Below, one piece after another: positions 37,152 through 46,091 of a DNA stretch of 64,000 nt (positions are counted from its first letter, which is position 1; the number at the start of each line of letters is the position of its first letter). A program made the position numbers and the translations under genes. The DNA is from Candidatus Cybelea sp. (lineage in GTDB: Bacteria > Vulcanimicrobiota > Vulcanimicrobiia > Vulcanimicrobiales > Vulcanimicrobiaceae), in the NCBI GenBank assembly GCA_036269355.1, contig DATASC010000100.1, positions 1,474 to 65,473 on the forward strand. Direction: 5' to 3'. The notes beneath the pieces were generated by a model. The model saw only the letters and a list, made by a program, of their open reading frames with translations. It had not been told where the DNA came from and searched no databases.

Positions 37152-39932
37152 CTACCGGTCGGGAGTCCACGATGCGGGTGACGGCTTGGCGCGGACGATA
37201 TACGCCGCGTGCATGACACCCCCGTTGTCGTAGCGTCCGCGCACGTTCAAAACTCTGCCCGCAACCAAGTCGGCACTCCTCTCGTGCGCAGTTGCGCCGG
37301 CATCGTCGACCCGCACGATTCTGCCGGTGCGCGTGCGCAACACTATCAACGAGCCGCGAGCGGCTAGCAAGGTCCCGGTGACTTCGTTCGGAACACCGTG
37401 CATCGCGTGGAAGGCGGCGCCTCGAGGAACGGTCGCTTTTGCCGCGGTGCCCCCGATTCCGAAGATGTCGAGTTGTTGGTAGCTCGCCACGTATACTTTC
37501 CCGTTTGCAACGACAGGGACGAGGTTCGCGTTTCCGTTCGAGGCCGTCCACGATCCAGCAGCCGATTGATACAGCGTGTCGAGCGTCGAGCTGCCGCGAT
37601 GAGGTTCGGATTCGAGCGCCACCAGCGTAATGTTTCCAGGAACGTATTGGGGCCGCGCGATCGCCCAAATAATCGCACCGTGGCGGGTTCCGTTCGACGA
37701 TACACTGGTGAAAAATCCTGGATCTTGTCCGTTGGGCAAGTATGACGACGCTCCGGCGGAGACCAGCTTTGCCGAGGGCGCGGTCTGAACTTTCCAGAGC
37801 GATACGGTGCTGCCGCCACTGCCGACGATGAAAGACGACGATCTCTTCCCCCGGGCGAAGTAGGATTGACCGCACCAGCATCCGCCGATCTGCTTCTCGT
37901 CAAGATCGTTGTTGTGACTTGGGTTATAGCCGCCTAAGTCGTTCTGATCGAGCAGATACATCGTTCCGTCCTTGCCGGCTGCCGCGGCCAGCGGCGGCAC
38001 CGACGATCCGAGCGATGGGAGCAGAAGCGCGCCACCCGATCCGAAATCGACGTCGCCACCGTCGAGATATCCAACGTCCGAGGGTGTAAAGATGCTGAGC
38101 AACTGGGTCAGATCCGAGCTGACCTTGACGACGCTCTCCTGAATATTCGTAACGCCGTTGTACGTCGTTCCCGACGGATCCGAATTGCCGGTAACGAAAT
38201 AAACGTCTCCCGAGGAGTCGGCGGCGACGCCGTATCCGGACATCCAAATCGACGACAGGAAGAATTTGTTGGGCGATTTGGCGCGGCTGTCGTTGAGCCG
38301 GTTTGCGGCCAGCGGCGTCAGCGATCCCGTCTGCCAGCCGAGAAGCCAGCCACGTGACTGCGATACCGCAAAGTCGCAGAAGCTTCCGAATCCCGCGTAA
38401 ACGTTTCCGTTCGCTTCCAGCAACGCCGGACGCTGGCGCTGAAACTGCGCCTTGAACTTGTAAGTTCTACCGTTGGTCAGCGTGTGCGAAGCCGTGACGA
38501 CGATAGATGGTACGACGTCGGTGAGACTCGACAAGTCGAGTTCGTGGAGGCGATAGGTCGGGACATTGCTGCTCTCGAGTGTATATGCGATGACGTACAT
38601 TACGTTTGCGCTTAGGTCGATCACCGGCGTCCCGGTGATCCCCACGTTCGGTCCGTTATTGTTGCAGCCGAGCGGCGTTGGAACCGGACTGCCCAAGCTC
38701 TGATCGAAGAGTATCGCACCGCTCGATGCATCGATCGCGTAGATCGTATCGTTCTCAGTCGCAACGTAGACCACGTCGTGCTGACCTTGCTGCGAACCGC
38801 GCGTAATCGTTTCGTCAGGCACCACGAGGGGCTGGGCGTCGACCTGGTCGTCCAGCGTCACGGTCTGCAGCAGACCGAACGATCCGCTCTTGACGTTTTT
38901 GTAGGTCAACGTCGGCTCGCTGTCGTTCCATCCCGTCCGCAGGTTGTCGTAGTGGTACGTCGTGACGGCGAACTTCGGAGCTGGTGCGACGCTAATAGTT
39001 ACTGCCAGGGCGGCCCCGCCCTCGTCGATGGTCTTCGTCGGGCTTCCGCCGGCAGGATAGCTGTAGAGCGTCACGCCGGCCGAGCCCGGCACGGCTACGT
39101 TTCCGCCATGAATCCAGAATTGCGCGGGACTTACGGCGCCGTTGAGCGTGCTCTCACCCGCCGGCGTGACGCGCCCAGGGTTCACGCGATAACTGAAGAT
39201 CGACGTTGGAGCGGCGGCGCTGCCCGCGCTTATGGCAGCGAGGAATATGCCGTCCCATTGAATCGAAGCGAGACGCGGCGGAGGACCGTTCCAGGCAATC
39301 GCGTTGAAGCGACCGCCACCCTTCGGAAGCTCGAACATCCTTGCGGTGTTCCCAGCGCCGTTTGTTGTCGCGACGAAGAGGTTTCCGGCGTCGTCGTACG
39401 CGCAGGACTGCTCACCGGCATCGAGATTCGCGATGGTGTACGTCTTCGCGCCGGCTTTAGCATTCTCGAAGACCGTGACGGCGGCTTTGTGGGACGCGAC
39501 GCCCGAAACGGCGAGGCTGCCGGTGGTAGAATCGACGGCGCAATAGCGAGAGCGCCCACCCGACCTGCCGCGGAATACGGCGACAGGCCGCTTTCCGCCG
39601 TGGGCGTACTCGACTACGTCGGTAGCGCCCAGAATATAGACGTCGCCGTTCTTATCCGAACAAAGACCGCTTGCGCGTACGTTCGAGAGCCGCGCCTCAG
39701 GCTTACCCTCGGGATAGGAATACACGTCAACGCCCTGCGAACGAGCTACGTAAAGCAGTTCGTGGCCCACGGCCCACGCAGGCATTCCCGCACTCTCTCG
39801 CCGCCCCGACGCAGCGGGGACGCCGTTAGGAACGATCGCAGCGCTCTGGTTCTGCGATCCCCAGCAACTCGTCAAAAGAAGAACGATCGCGCACGCGCCA
39901 AATACGCGACGCAACCCCGAGCGAGGTAGCAT
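37152..39932 (-). CDS. 926-aa multidomain lipoprotein: NHL-type propeller module + PQQ/BamB-like propeller (tentative) + C-terminal beta domain
   Basis: ORF 37152..39977 trimmed to ATG 39932. Lipobox LTSC. The N-terminal ~330 aa align by eye with 24503..25555 (LLYVARSQGVDVYSYPEG...GLCSDKNGDVYIL...YSYPAGGSPTK). The middle part contains YHYDNLRTGWN...AQPLVV...VYVATENDTIYAIDASSG. Confidence 0.8.
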   Translation of the reverse strand: MLPRSGLRRVFGACAIVLLLTSCWGSQNQSAAIVPNGVPAASGRRESAGMPAWAVGHELLYVARSQGVDVYSYPEGKPEARLSNVRASGLCSDKNGDVYILGATDVVEYAHGGKRPVAVFRGRSGGRSRYCAVDSTTGSLAVSGVASHKAAVTVFENAKAGAKTYTIANLDAGEQSCAYDDAGNLFVATTNGAGNTARMFELPKGGGRFNAIAWNGPPPRLASIQWDGIFLAAISAGSAAAPTSIFSYRVNPGRVTPAGESTLNGAVSPAQFWIHGGNVAVPGSAGVTLYSYPAGGSPTKTIDEGGAALAVTISVAPAPKFAVTTYHYDNLRTGWNDSEPTLTYKNVKSGSFGLLQTVTLDDQVDAQPLVVPDETITRGSQQGQHDVVYVATENDTIYAIDASSGAILFDQSLGSPVPTPLGCNNNGPNVGITGTPVIDLSANVMYVIAYTLESSNVPTYRLHELDLSSLTDVVPSIVVTASHTLTNGRTYKFKAQFQRQRPALLEANGNVYAGFGSFCDFAVSQSRGWLLGWQTGSLTPLAANRLNDSRAKSPNKFFLSSIWMSGYGVAADSSGDVYFVTGNSDPSGTTYNGVTNIQESVVKVSSDLTQLLSIFTPSDVGYLDGGDVDFGSGGALLLPSLGSSVPPLAAAAGKDGTMYLLDQNDLGGYNPSHNNDLDEKQIGGCWCGQSYFARGKRSSSFIVGSGGSTVSLWKVQTAPSAKLVSAGASSYLPNGQDPGFFTSVSSNGTRHGAIIWAIARPQYVPGNITLVALESEPHRGSSTLDTLYQSAAGSWTASNGNANLVPVVANGKVYVASYQQLDIFGIGGTAAKATVPRGAAFHAMHGVPNEVTGTLLAARGSLIVLRTRTGRIVRVDDAGATAHERSADLVAGRVLNVRGRYDNGGVMHAAYIVRAKPSPASWTPDR

Positions 39933-40021
39933 AGCAGCGCTCCTTTGCAGCGCTGAGAGCGTTCCGCAGGCGGCCAACGCAGCCCTCGCTCGGAGCGGCT
40001 TTTACCACAAGGACCAGGCGC

Positions 40022-40345
40022 CTAGCCGGGACCTGCCGTACCGCAGCCGTAGTCGAGCGTCGTGCTGCAGAGCACCAAGTCGAGTGTGGTGGGCGCACTC
40101 TGGTTCTTCACGACGATGCTGCGACGCTGCGGCGGAACGTCGTTAGAGGCCGCCGACAGCGTATGGGTTCCGGGCGTCAAGCCGGTAAGTCGGTATGCGC
40201 CGTGCTCGTCGGTAGTGGCATGGTGGGAGCCGATCACAACCGTTACGTTTGGCAACGGCTGCCCCGTCGTCTTATCAGTCACGTGCCCAACGAGTATCGC
40301 CAGCGCGAGTGTGGCGGCCCCGACCGTAAATTCCGAGAATCTCAT
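40022..40345 (-). CDS. small carboxypeptidase-regulatory-like (CarboxypepD_reg) domain protein
   Basis: ORF 40022..40423 trimmed to ATG 40345. Signal/TM VGAATLALAILVG, then GHVTDKTTGQPLPNVTVVIGSHHATTDEHGAYRLTGLTPGTHTL. Confidence 0.6.
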   Translation of the reverse strand: MRFSEFTVGAATLALAILVGHVTDKTTGQPLPNVTVVIGSHHATTDEHGAYRLTGLTPGTHTLSAASNDVPPQRRSIVVKNQSAPTTLDLVLCSTTLDYGCGTAGPG

Positions 40346-40446
40346 GTGGTGCTTTGCTTCTCCACGCCGGCTGAGCGGGCCCCGCCAGCCAGGCGCCAAA
40401 CGTAACGTCGAGCAGCGCCGCACGACCTGCGAAGACGGGGGCGAGT

Positions 40447-40848
40447 TTGCTCTACGGGAGCGATCGCCAGAATCGCATTCCGTTCGCGCGCGACATTCAG
40501 TGGCAGAACGGCGAGTTGGTTGTTACCGCTGGGGCAAAGAATACGAAGCAGCAGGTGTACTGGGTAACGCTCAACAGCTCGACAAACGGCCACGTATCGC
40601 CGGCGTTTATACTCGAGCGAAAGCGCAAGCCGATGCCGCACTACGGCGTTCCGGACTTGATCGTGAGAAAAACGATCATGGCGCCGGGGCACGGTCACGG
40701 CCAGCTGGACTTCTGGAAGTATCCAATAGGGCGAGCCGGATCGATCGGTCACCGAACCGGTCCACACGTATTTTATGGGACTTGCAATCTCGCCCGAACG
40801 CTAAAGCGAACCCGATCGTTTGCTCATGCCGCCGTCGATGACGTATGA
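40447..40848 (+). CDS. hypothetical protein (orphan ORF in lower-GC patch)
   Basis: 133-aa ORF with a TTG start. Third-position GC is clearly higher than the local bulk GC, and composition is protein-like. It overlaps the convergent SDR 3' end by 48 nt. Confidence 0.35.
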   Translation: MLYGSDRQNRIPFARDIQWQNGELVVTAGAKNTKQQVYWVTLNSSTNGHVSPAFILERKRKPMPHYGVPDLIVRKTIMAPGHGHGQLDFWKYPIGRAGSIGHRTGPHVFYGTCNLARTLKRTRSFAHAAVDDV

Positions 40849-41577
40849 CGCGCCCGTAACGTACGCACCCGCGTCGCTCGCGAGGTAGACGACTAGGGCG
40901 GCAATCTCGGCGGGTTGCGCCATTCGACCCAGCGGAATTTCCGAGAGCAACGATTCAAAGGCCTCCGGATCTTCTTTAACGTTCTCGTCCATCGGCATGT
41001 CGACGGCGCCGGGACAGACATTGTTTACCGTGATGCCATAAGGTGCGAGCTCAACTGCGATCGTGCGCATGAGCATCCTTACGGCACCTTTGGTCGCGCA
41101 GTATGCCGCGTTCGTCGGCATCGCCAGCTCTTCGTGTACTGAAGAGATATTCACAATGCGACCGCCGCGCCTTTGACGACACATTTGTTCCGCGGCCGCT
41201 TGCGAGCAATGCCAGGTTCCAAAGAAGTTGACCGCAACGATGCGCTGCGCTACGGCGAGCGGCATCTCTAAGAAAGGATGCTTTTCCTCGGTGCCGGCGT
41301 TGTTGACCAGGATATCGAGACCGCCGAAGCTCTGCACCGCACGCTCGATCAGCGCTGCGGCGTCGCCAGGTTTGCTAACGTCGGCTTCTTGGACCACTGC
41401 CGAGCCGCCGAATGCTGCGATCTCTGCAACGAGTTCGTCGGCGGGCAACCTTTCGCCGACATAGTCGACGACCACCGAGGCACCCGATCGCGCAAGCTCA
41501 ATCGCGATCGCTTTTCCGATGCCCGAATCGCCGCCGGTGACAATTGCGATTTTCCCCGCAAGTTCCATAGCCGCCAA
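40801..41577 (-). CDS. SDR-family oxidoreductase (glucose 1-dehydrogenase-like)
   Basis: TGGDSGIGKA, NNAG, and S...YCATKGA. Confidence 0.92.
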   Translation of the reverse strand: MAAMELAGKIAIVTGGDSGIGKAIAIELARSGASVVVDYVGERLPADELVAEIAAFGGSAVVQEADVSKPGDAAALIERAVQSFGGLDILVNNAGTEEKHPFLEMPLAVAQRIVAVNFFGTWHCSQAAAEQMCRQRRGGRIVNISSVHEELAMPTNAAYCATKGAVRMLMRTIAVELAPYGITVNNVCPGAVDMPMDENVKEDPEAFESLLSEIPLGRMAQPAEIAALVVYLASDAGAYVTGASYVIDGGMSKRSGSL

Positions 41578-41627
41578 GCAATCATACCCTTCCGAGGCGC
41601 GTGGCCAATCATGGGTATCACCGACAC

Positions 41628-42647
41628 ATGAGAAGTTCGAAGAAGCCGCAGGTCGTCGTTATCACCGGCGCATCCGGTGGCATTGGGCGTGCCACCATGC
41701 GCGAGTTCGCCAAACGCGGCGCGACGCTCGCGCTGCTCGCTCGCGGTGAGGAAGGCCTCGACGCTGCAGTCGACGAGGCGCGGAGCCATGGCTCGCGGGC
41801 TCTGGGTATTCCCACGGACGTCGGTGATTACTACCAGGTCGAACAAGCGGCCGAAAAGGTCGAGGAAGAGCTCGGTCCGATCGATGTTTGGATCAACGTC
41901 GCATTTACCAACGTCTTCTCCGAATTTTGGGACGTCACACCCGAGGAATGGCGACGGCTCACCGAGGTCACCTATCTCGGCTACGTCTGGGGAACGAAGG
42001 CCGCGCTTACCCGCATGCGTCGGCGCAATCGCGGAACGATCGTACAGGTCGGCTCCGCAATCTGCTACCGCAGCATCCCGCTTCAGTCGCCGTACTGCGG
42101 CGCGAAGAGTGCGATCCGCGGATTTACCGATTCGCTTCGGTGCGAGCTAGCGCATCATCACAGCAAAATCCGGCTGTCGATGGTCCACATGCCGGCGGTC
42201 AACACGCCGCAGTTTACGTGGAACCGGGTCAAGAGCGGCCTGCGTCACCCGCAGCCGTTGCCGCCGATCTTTCAGCCGGAGGTTGCGGGTCGCGCAGTCT
42301 ACTGGGCATCCCGACGCAAACCGCGCGAGATGTTCGTAGGATTCTCGACGGTACTCGCGGTTGCGGTGCAGAAGCTGCTGCCGCAGCTGGCAGACTATTA
42401 TTTGGCGAGGACGGGATACGCGTCGCAGCAGACCGACACGCCCGTCGGACCCAATCGTCCCGACAACCTCTACCTTCCGGCGGATAGCGCCGAGGACTAC
42501 GGCGCACACGGCGAGTTCGACAAGCAGGCAAAACCTCACAGCTGGGAGACCGCGTTCGTGATGAAGCGCGAGTGGATCGTTGGCGGTCTCGCGGTCGCCG
42601 GCGCCGGCGCCGCTGCCGCGTATCTACTTAAGAACGGGCGCAACTAA
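41628..42647 (+). CDS. SDR-family oxidoreductase with C-terminal membrane anchor
   Basis: ORF 41601..42647; ATG 41628 gives MRSSKKPQVVVITGASGGIGRA. YCGAKSA is present, and a C-terminal TM IVGGLAVAGAGAAAAYLL. Confidence 0.88.
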   Translation: MRSSKKPQVVVITGASGGIGRATMREFAKRGATLALLARGEEGLDAAVDEARSHGSRALGIPTDVGDYYQVEQAAEKVEEELGPIDVWINVAFTNVFSEFWDVTPEEWRRLTEVTYLGYVWGTKAALTRMRRRNRGTIVQVGSAICYRSIPLQSPYCGAKSAIRGFTDSLRCELAHHHSKIRLSMVHMPAVNTPQFTWNRVKSGLRHPQPLPPIFQPEVAGRAVYWASRRKPREMFVGFSTVLAVAVQKLLPQLADYYLARTGYASQQTDTPVGPNRPDNLYLPADSAEDYGAHGEFDKQAKPHSWETAFVMKREWIVGGLAVAGAGAAAAYLLKNGRN

Positions 42648-42648
42648 C

Positions 42649-42900
42649 GTGGCGTTTTGGTACGTATGGGGCGACTACGTTCACACCCAGCCGGAGCGTA
42701 TCGGAAACGCGCGACGTGTCGAAGGACACGAAAAGGCGGCGCGCCACGCGGCGGAGAGTCTTGGCTTCGACTTTACGCAACGATTGCGCAATGGCTTCGA
42801 GCCGTGGACGGCTGCCTTCGCGGCCGAGGAGTCGGCGGACGGTCAGGATTTTCAGTTCGCGAGTTATCCAACAGTTCGCGGGTGGAAGCGTCTACATTGA
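42649..42900 (+). CDS. small hypothetical protein (83 aa)
   Basis: GTG 42649 lies 1 nt after the SDR stop. Non-shadow composition (MAFWYVWGDYVHTQPERIG...). Moderate GC3. Overlaps the convergent gene by 9 nt. Confidence 0.3.
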   Translation: MAFWYVWGDYVHTQPERIGNARRVEGHEKAARHAAESLGFDFTQRLRNGFEPWTAAFAAEESADGQDFQFASYPTVRGWKRLH

Positions 42901-43737
42901 GGACTCCCAGATACGTGCGAAAGCGTCGCGGTTCGCGGTGAGCAGGGCGTCGAGATCGCCCTTCCAGAGCGATCCTTCCAAATGCATCGAGGAAAGAATC
43001 TCCACGATCCAGGCACCCGAGTAGCCGGTCTTTCGAATAGCGCCGACTAGCGACGCCAATGGTATCTGGCCTTCGCCGAGCGTATACCGGTCGGCGGTCG
43101 ATCGCGGCGTCCTCCAATCGCTGAGCTGCACGACGAAAATTAGCGCCCCGCATTGCGCGATGAGCGGCTCGACGTCGCGGCCTTGCCAAACGTTCCACGT
43201 GTCGATGCAAATTCCAACGTTTGGGTTATCGGCACGTTCGACCAGCTCTAGCCCGTCCTCGAGCGACCACACGGCGGTATCGGTGTTTACGTTGGCCGGA
43301 CTCAGCGGTTCGAAAGCGATTTTCATTTGATGCCTGGCGGCGAAGTCGCCGAGCTCCTTGAGCGATTCGACGACGCGATCGCGGGCCTTGCGAAAGTTGG
43401 CGTCGGGTGCGACTCCCGTAATAACGATAAACGGCGTTCCCTGCGGCAGGTAGGGAGCGGTCAGCGCGATCCCCTCTTTCATCGTGTTAACTCGATCGTT
43501 CGGATCCTGCGGCTTGTTGGCCATCGAATCGACGAATACCGAGTGCACGTCCATCTGCACCGACGCCGGCGTGAGCCCGTCGAGCTTCTCGAGGTACGCA
43601 CCGTAGTCGTTGTGCGGTAGCTTGAACTCGCAGATCTCGATCGAATCGGCGCCGTGCGCGCGATAGCGCTCGACGTCTCGCTTGAAGGGCCACGGCCACG
43701 TCGTAAACTCGCTGAATCCAAAACGATAGGATTGCAT
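42892..43737 (-). CDS. sugar phosphate isomerase/epimerase (xylose-isomerase-like TIM barrel)
   Basis: ORF 42892..43767 trimmed to ATG 43737 (shares one nt with the upstream TGA). Contains FSEFTT..., IEICEF, ICIDTWNVW and VQLSDW. Confidence 0.82.
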   Translation of the reverse strand: MQSYRFGFSEFTTWPWPFKRDVERYRAHGADSIEICEFKLPHNDYGAYLEKLDGLTPASVQMDVHSVFVDSMANKPQDPNDRVNTMKEGIALTAPYLPQGTPFIVITGVAPDANFRKARDRVVESLKELGDFAARHQMKIAFEPLSPANVNTDTAVWSLEDGLELVERADNPNVGICIDTWNVWQGRDVEPLIAQCGALIFVVQLSDWRTPRSTADRYTLGEGQIPLASLVGAIRKTGYSGAWIVEILSSMHLEGSLWKGDLDALLTANRDAFARIWESSM

Positions 43738-46091
43738 CAACTCTCCTCCACGAACTCCAAAATGCAAAAGCCTTTGCGTTCGGCGCTGACGCGCCAGCCC
43801 GTTGCGCTTTCAAAATCGGCCCGATCCGACCACGCGCCGGCGAGGCTATCGTACGCGCGCATCCGCGGATGGGGCGGCAATAGCGAACGCTCCATGGTTA
43901 CCGAAACGGTTATACTGCGTTCGGACGGGTTGCCGACGAAAATAGCGACCTCTTTCGCGCGACGCAGGGCGACCCATACCGCATCGTCACCGCTAATCGA
44001 AACGCCCGTGGTAACGTCTTCTTCGTAGTGATGGTCGCCATCGACGCCCCGCAATGTCGCAGCGTAATACGTGGTGACTCGATCCATGCGTACGGTGAAC
44101 CACGAAACGCGATCGCCGCGGATCAACACGTCGCGAGCGACGATCCATGCCCACGCCGGCGGCAGGCGGCGCGCGAGGGTTGGGAAGTGCAGGCCGAGGC
44201 CGGCTAGACCTTCAATGGCCCCCCAGAGATACTTCGGCGCGAACCATGGCGAGAGCATCATGCCGCCGTTCGTCAGCGTTTCCCCGTGCAGCCACTCGCT
44301 GAACTGACCCGGAACGGTATTGTAGCGCAACGGGTCTTCGGCATAGTGACGAAACGTAACCGTTAGTGCGTCGGCGATGAGCTGGGGATCGAACGACGCG
44401 GCCGAAGTTGCAAGCCAGAACGTCGGAGCGGCCCAAACGCCGCCGAGCAATCCCGAAGCGTGGTCCGGCGCATATTGGATCGCATTGCGCGGCACGGTAC
44501 GCAGTCCCGCGCGGCTCCAGAATTCGGGCCGGGTCAATGTCGCGATAATTTCCGCCGCAACATCGGGGCTCGCGAGACCGAACAGCAGCGGAAAGACGAG
44601 GTCGGCGAGCACGTCGGTACGCTTGCGGCCGTCTTCATCGATCGCGAGGTAGTAGAGGTTCCGGGACCGGTCGAGGAGATGCTCGTCGATCGCTGCACGC
44701 AGCTCCGTGGCGTCGCGCGCGAACGCTTCCGCGTCGTGCGTCTCCTCGAGCTCCGCTGCGATCAGAGATACCGCCCGAAGTGCGCCGTAGCATTCGGCGT
44801 TGAGTTCGGTCGTCGCCCCGGAGAGACGCTCGCCGTGCAGCGCGTTTCGCCAGCCGACGATTCCGTGCGCTCCGGTTCCCGGCGCGTGACACCAGATTAG
44901 GCCCTGGGCGCCGCGCCGTGCAACGATGCACCGAGCCGCCCGCAATATATTCGGATAGATTCCTTGCAGAAATTCGCGGTCGCCGGTCACACAGAAGTGA
45001 TGCCAAGCGGCCCAGAGCAGCAACGGCGTCGCGTCGTTGATGTCGAGGCCGTCCGTCTCCGTTTTTCCTGAGCGCGAGTCGTACCACTCGACCGCCATGC
45101 CGCTCCCCGTGAGGCGATCGAAGAACCCGCGCAGCGCTTCGGCGGCAAACCACGGTGCAATGTAGGCCGCGCCGATCGCGAACCACGCCGTATCCCGGCC
45201 GACCGCGTGCGTCGTCTCGGCCGGATCGTTGACGATGCACCAGCCCTGTTCTGCAAACAGCATCGAGCGAATCATGTTTACCTTCGCCCATCGCACGCCG
45301 CGGTTGACCTCGGGCTCCGGCGTCTCGATCGCGGCGCAGCGCAGCACCTTCCGATAGTACGCCTGTGTACGGGCCAATACGTCCTCGCGCTCCGGCAGCG
45401 AAGCCAGGTTCCGGCGCGCCGCTTCCTCGCCGTCGACTGAAAACGTGAGGACGATCGTGAGTTCGGCACGTTCTCCCGGTTCGAGCGAGCGGTCGAACTC
45501 CAAAATTCCGACGCGATCGCCGGTCGCTTCGCACCTTGACGGCGTTATGTCAGCTGCCGCGACGCGAACGAATCGCTCGTCCTCGCCGTGCACTACAAAT
45601 CCGTTGAGCCGTTCGTCGAAACGCGCGGCGACGCGCTCGCGCTCGCCCGCTGAAAAGCTTATCGAGACCGAGGTGCGAACCTCGGCCACCTTCTCGCCGC
45701 GATTGCACAAAAACACGTGGTAATAGAGTCCGGGCGGCTCGACCGGACGGTCCGTTGCATCGTTCGGCGCGACGTTCTGCAGAAAAATGCGCTCCCGCGA
45801 CTGGAGGCCAGCCGGGTACTCCATGACATGCTCTTGCCGTTCGGGCGCGATGATGAAATGGCCGTCGCGTGCGCGAAGCTCGATACCCGTCCGCCGGTCC
45901 AAATGTCGAACGAGTACGGTACCGAAGGCATCGCTCGCGGCATCGCAGGAGTAGAGTCTTGCCAGCGCACCCGTCGGTTTGATGACCGCGACAGCCTTCG
46001 GCGACCCGAGCGTGCTGCCGGAGGGTAGTCGCCCTTCGCCGATATGATACTCGACGCAGTCGCTGCCATTTCGTATCGTCGCGGCGATCAT
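43737..46091 (-). CDS. GDE_C / amylo-alpha-1,6-glucosidase-like (alpha/alpha)6 glycosidase-family protein
   Basis: ORF 43737..46457 trimmed to ATG 46091 (ATGA overlap with upstream stop). Contains DATPLLLWAAWHHFCVTGDREFLQGIYPNILRAARCI and VPGQFSEWLHGE. Confidence 0.75.
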   Translation of the reverse strand: MIAATIRNGSDCVEYHIGEGRLPSGSTLGSPKAVAVIKPTGALARLYSCDAASDAFGTVLVRHLDRRTGIELRARDGHFIIAPERQEHVMEYPAGLQSRERIFLQNVAPNDATDRPVEPPGLYYHVFLCNRGEKVAEVRTSVSISFSAGERERVAARFDERLNGFVVHGEDERFVRVAAADITPSRCEATGDRVGILEFDRSLEPGERAELTIVLTFSVDGEEAARRNLASLPEREDVLARTQAYYRKVLRCAAIETPEPEVNRGVRWAKVNMIRSMLFAEQGWCIVNDPAETTHAVGRDTAWFAIGAAYIAPWFAAEALRGFFDRLTGSGMAVEWYDSRSGKTETDGLDINDATPLLLWAAWHHFCVTGDREFLQGIYPNILRAARCIVARRGAQGLIWCHAPGTGAHGIVGWRNALHGERLSGATTELNAECYGALRAVSLIAAELEETHDAEAFARDATELRAAIDEHLLDRSRNLYYLAIDEDGRKRTDVLADLVFPLLFGLASPDVAAEIIATLTRPEFWSRAGLRTVPRNAIQYAPDHASGLLGGVWAAPTFWLATSAASFDPQLIADALTVTFRHYAEDPLRYNTVPGQFSEWLHGETLTNGGMMLSPWFAPKYLWGAIEGLAGLGLHFPTLARRLPPAWAWIVARDVLIRGDRVSWFTVRMDRVTTYYAATLRGVDGDHHYEEDVTTGVSISGDDAVWVALRRAKEVAIFVGNPSERSITVSVTMERSLLPPHPRMRAYDSLAGAWSDRADFESATGWRVSAERKGFCILEFVEES

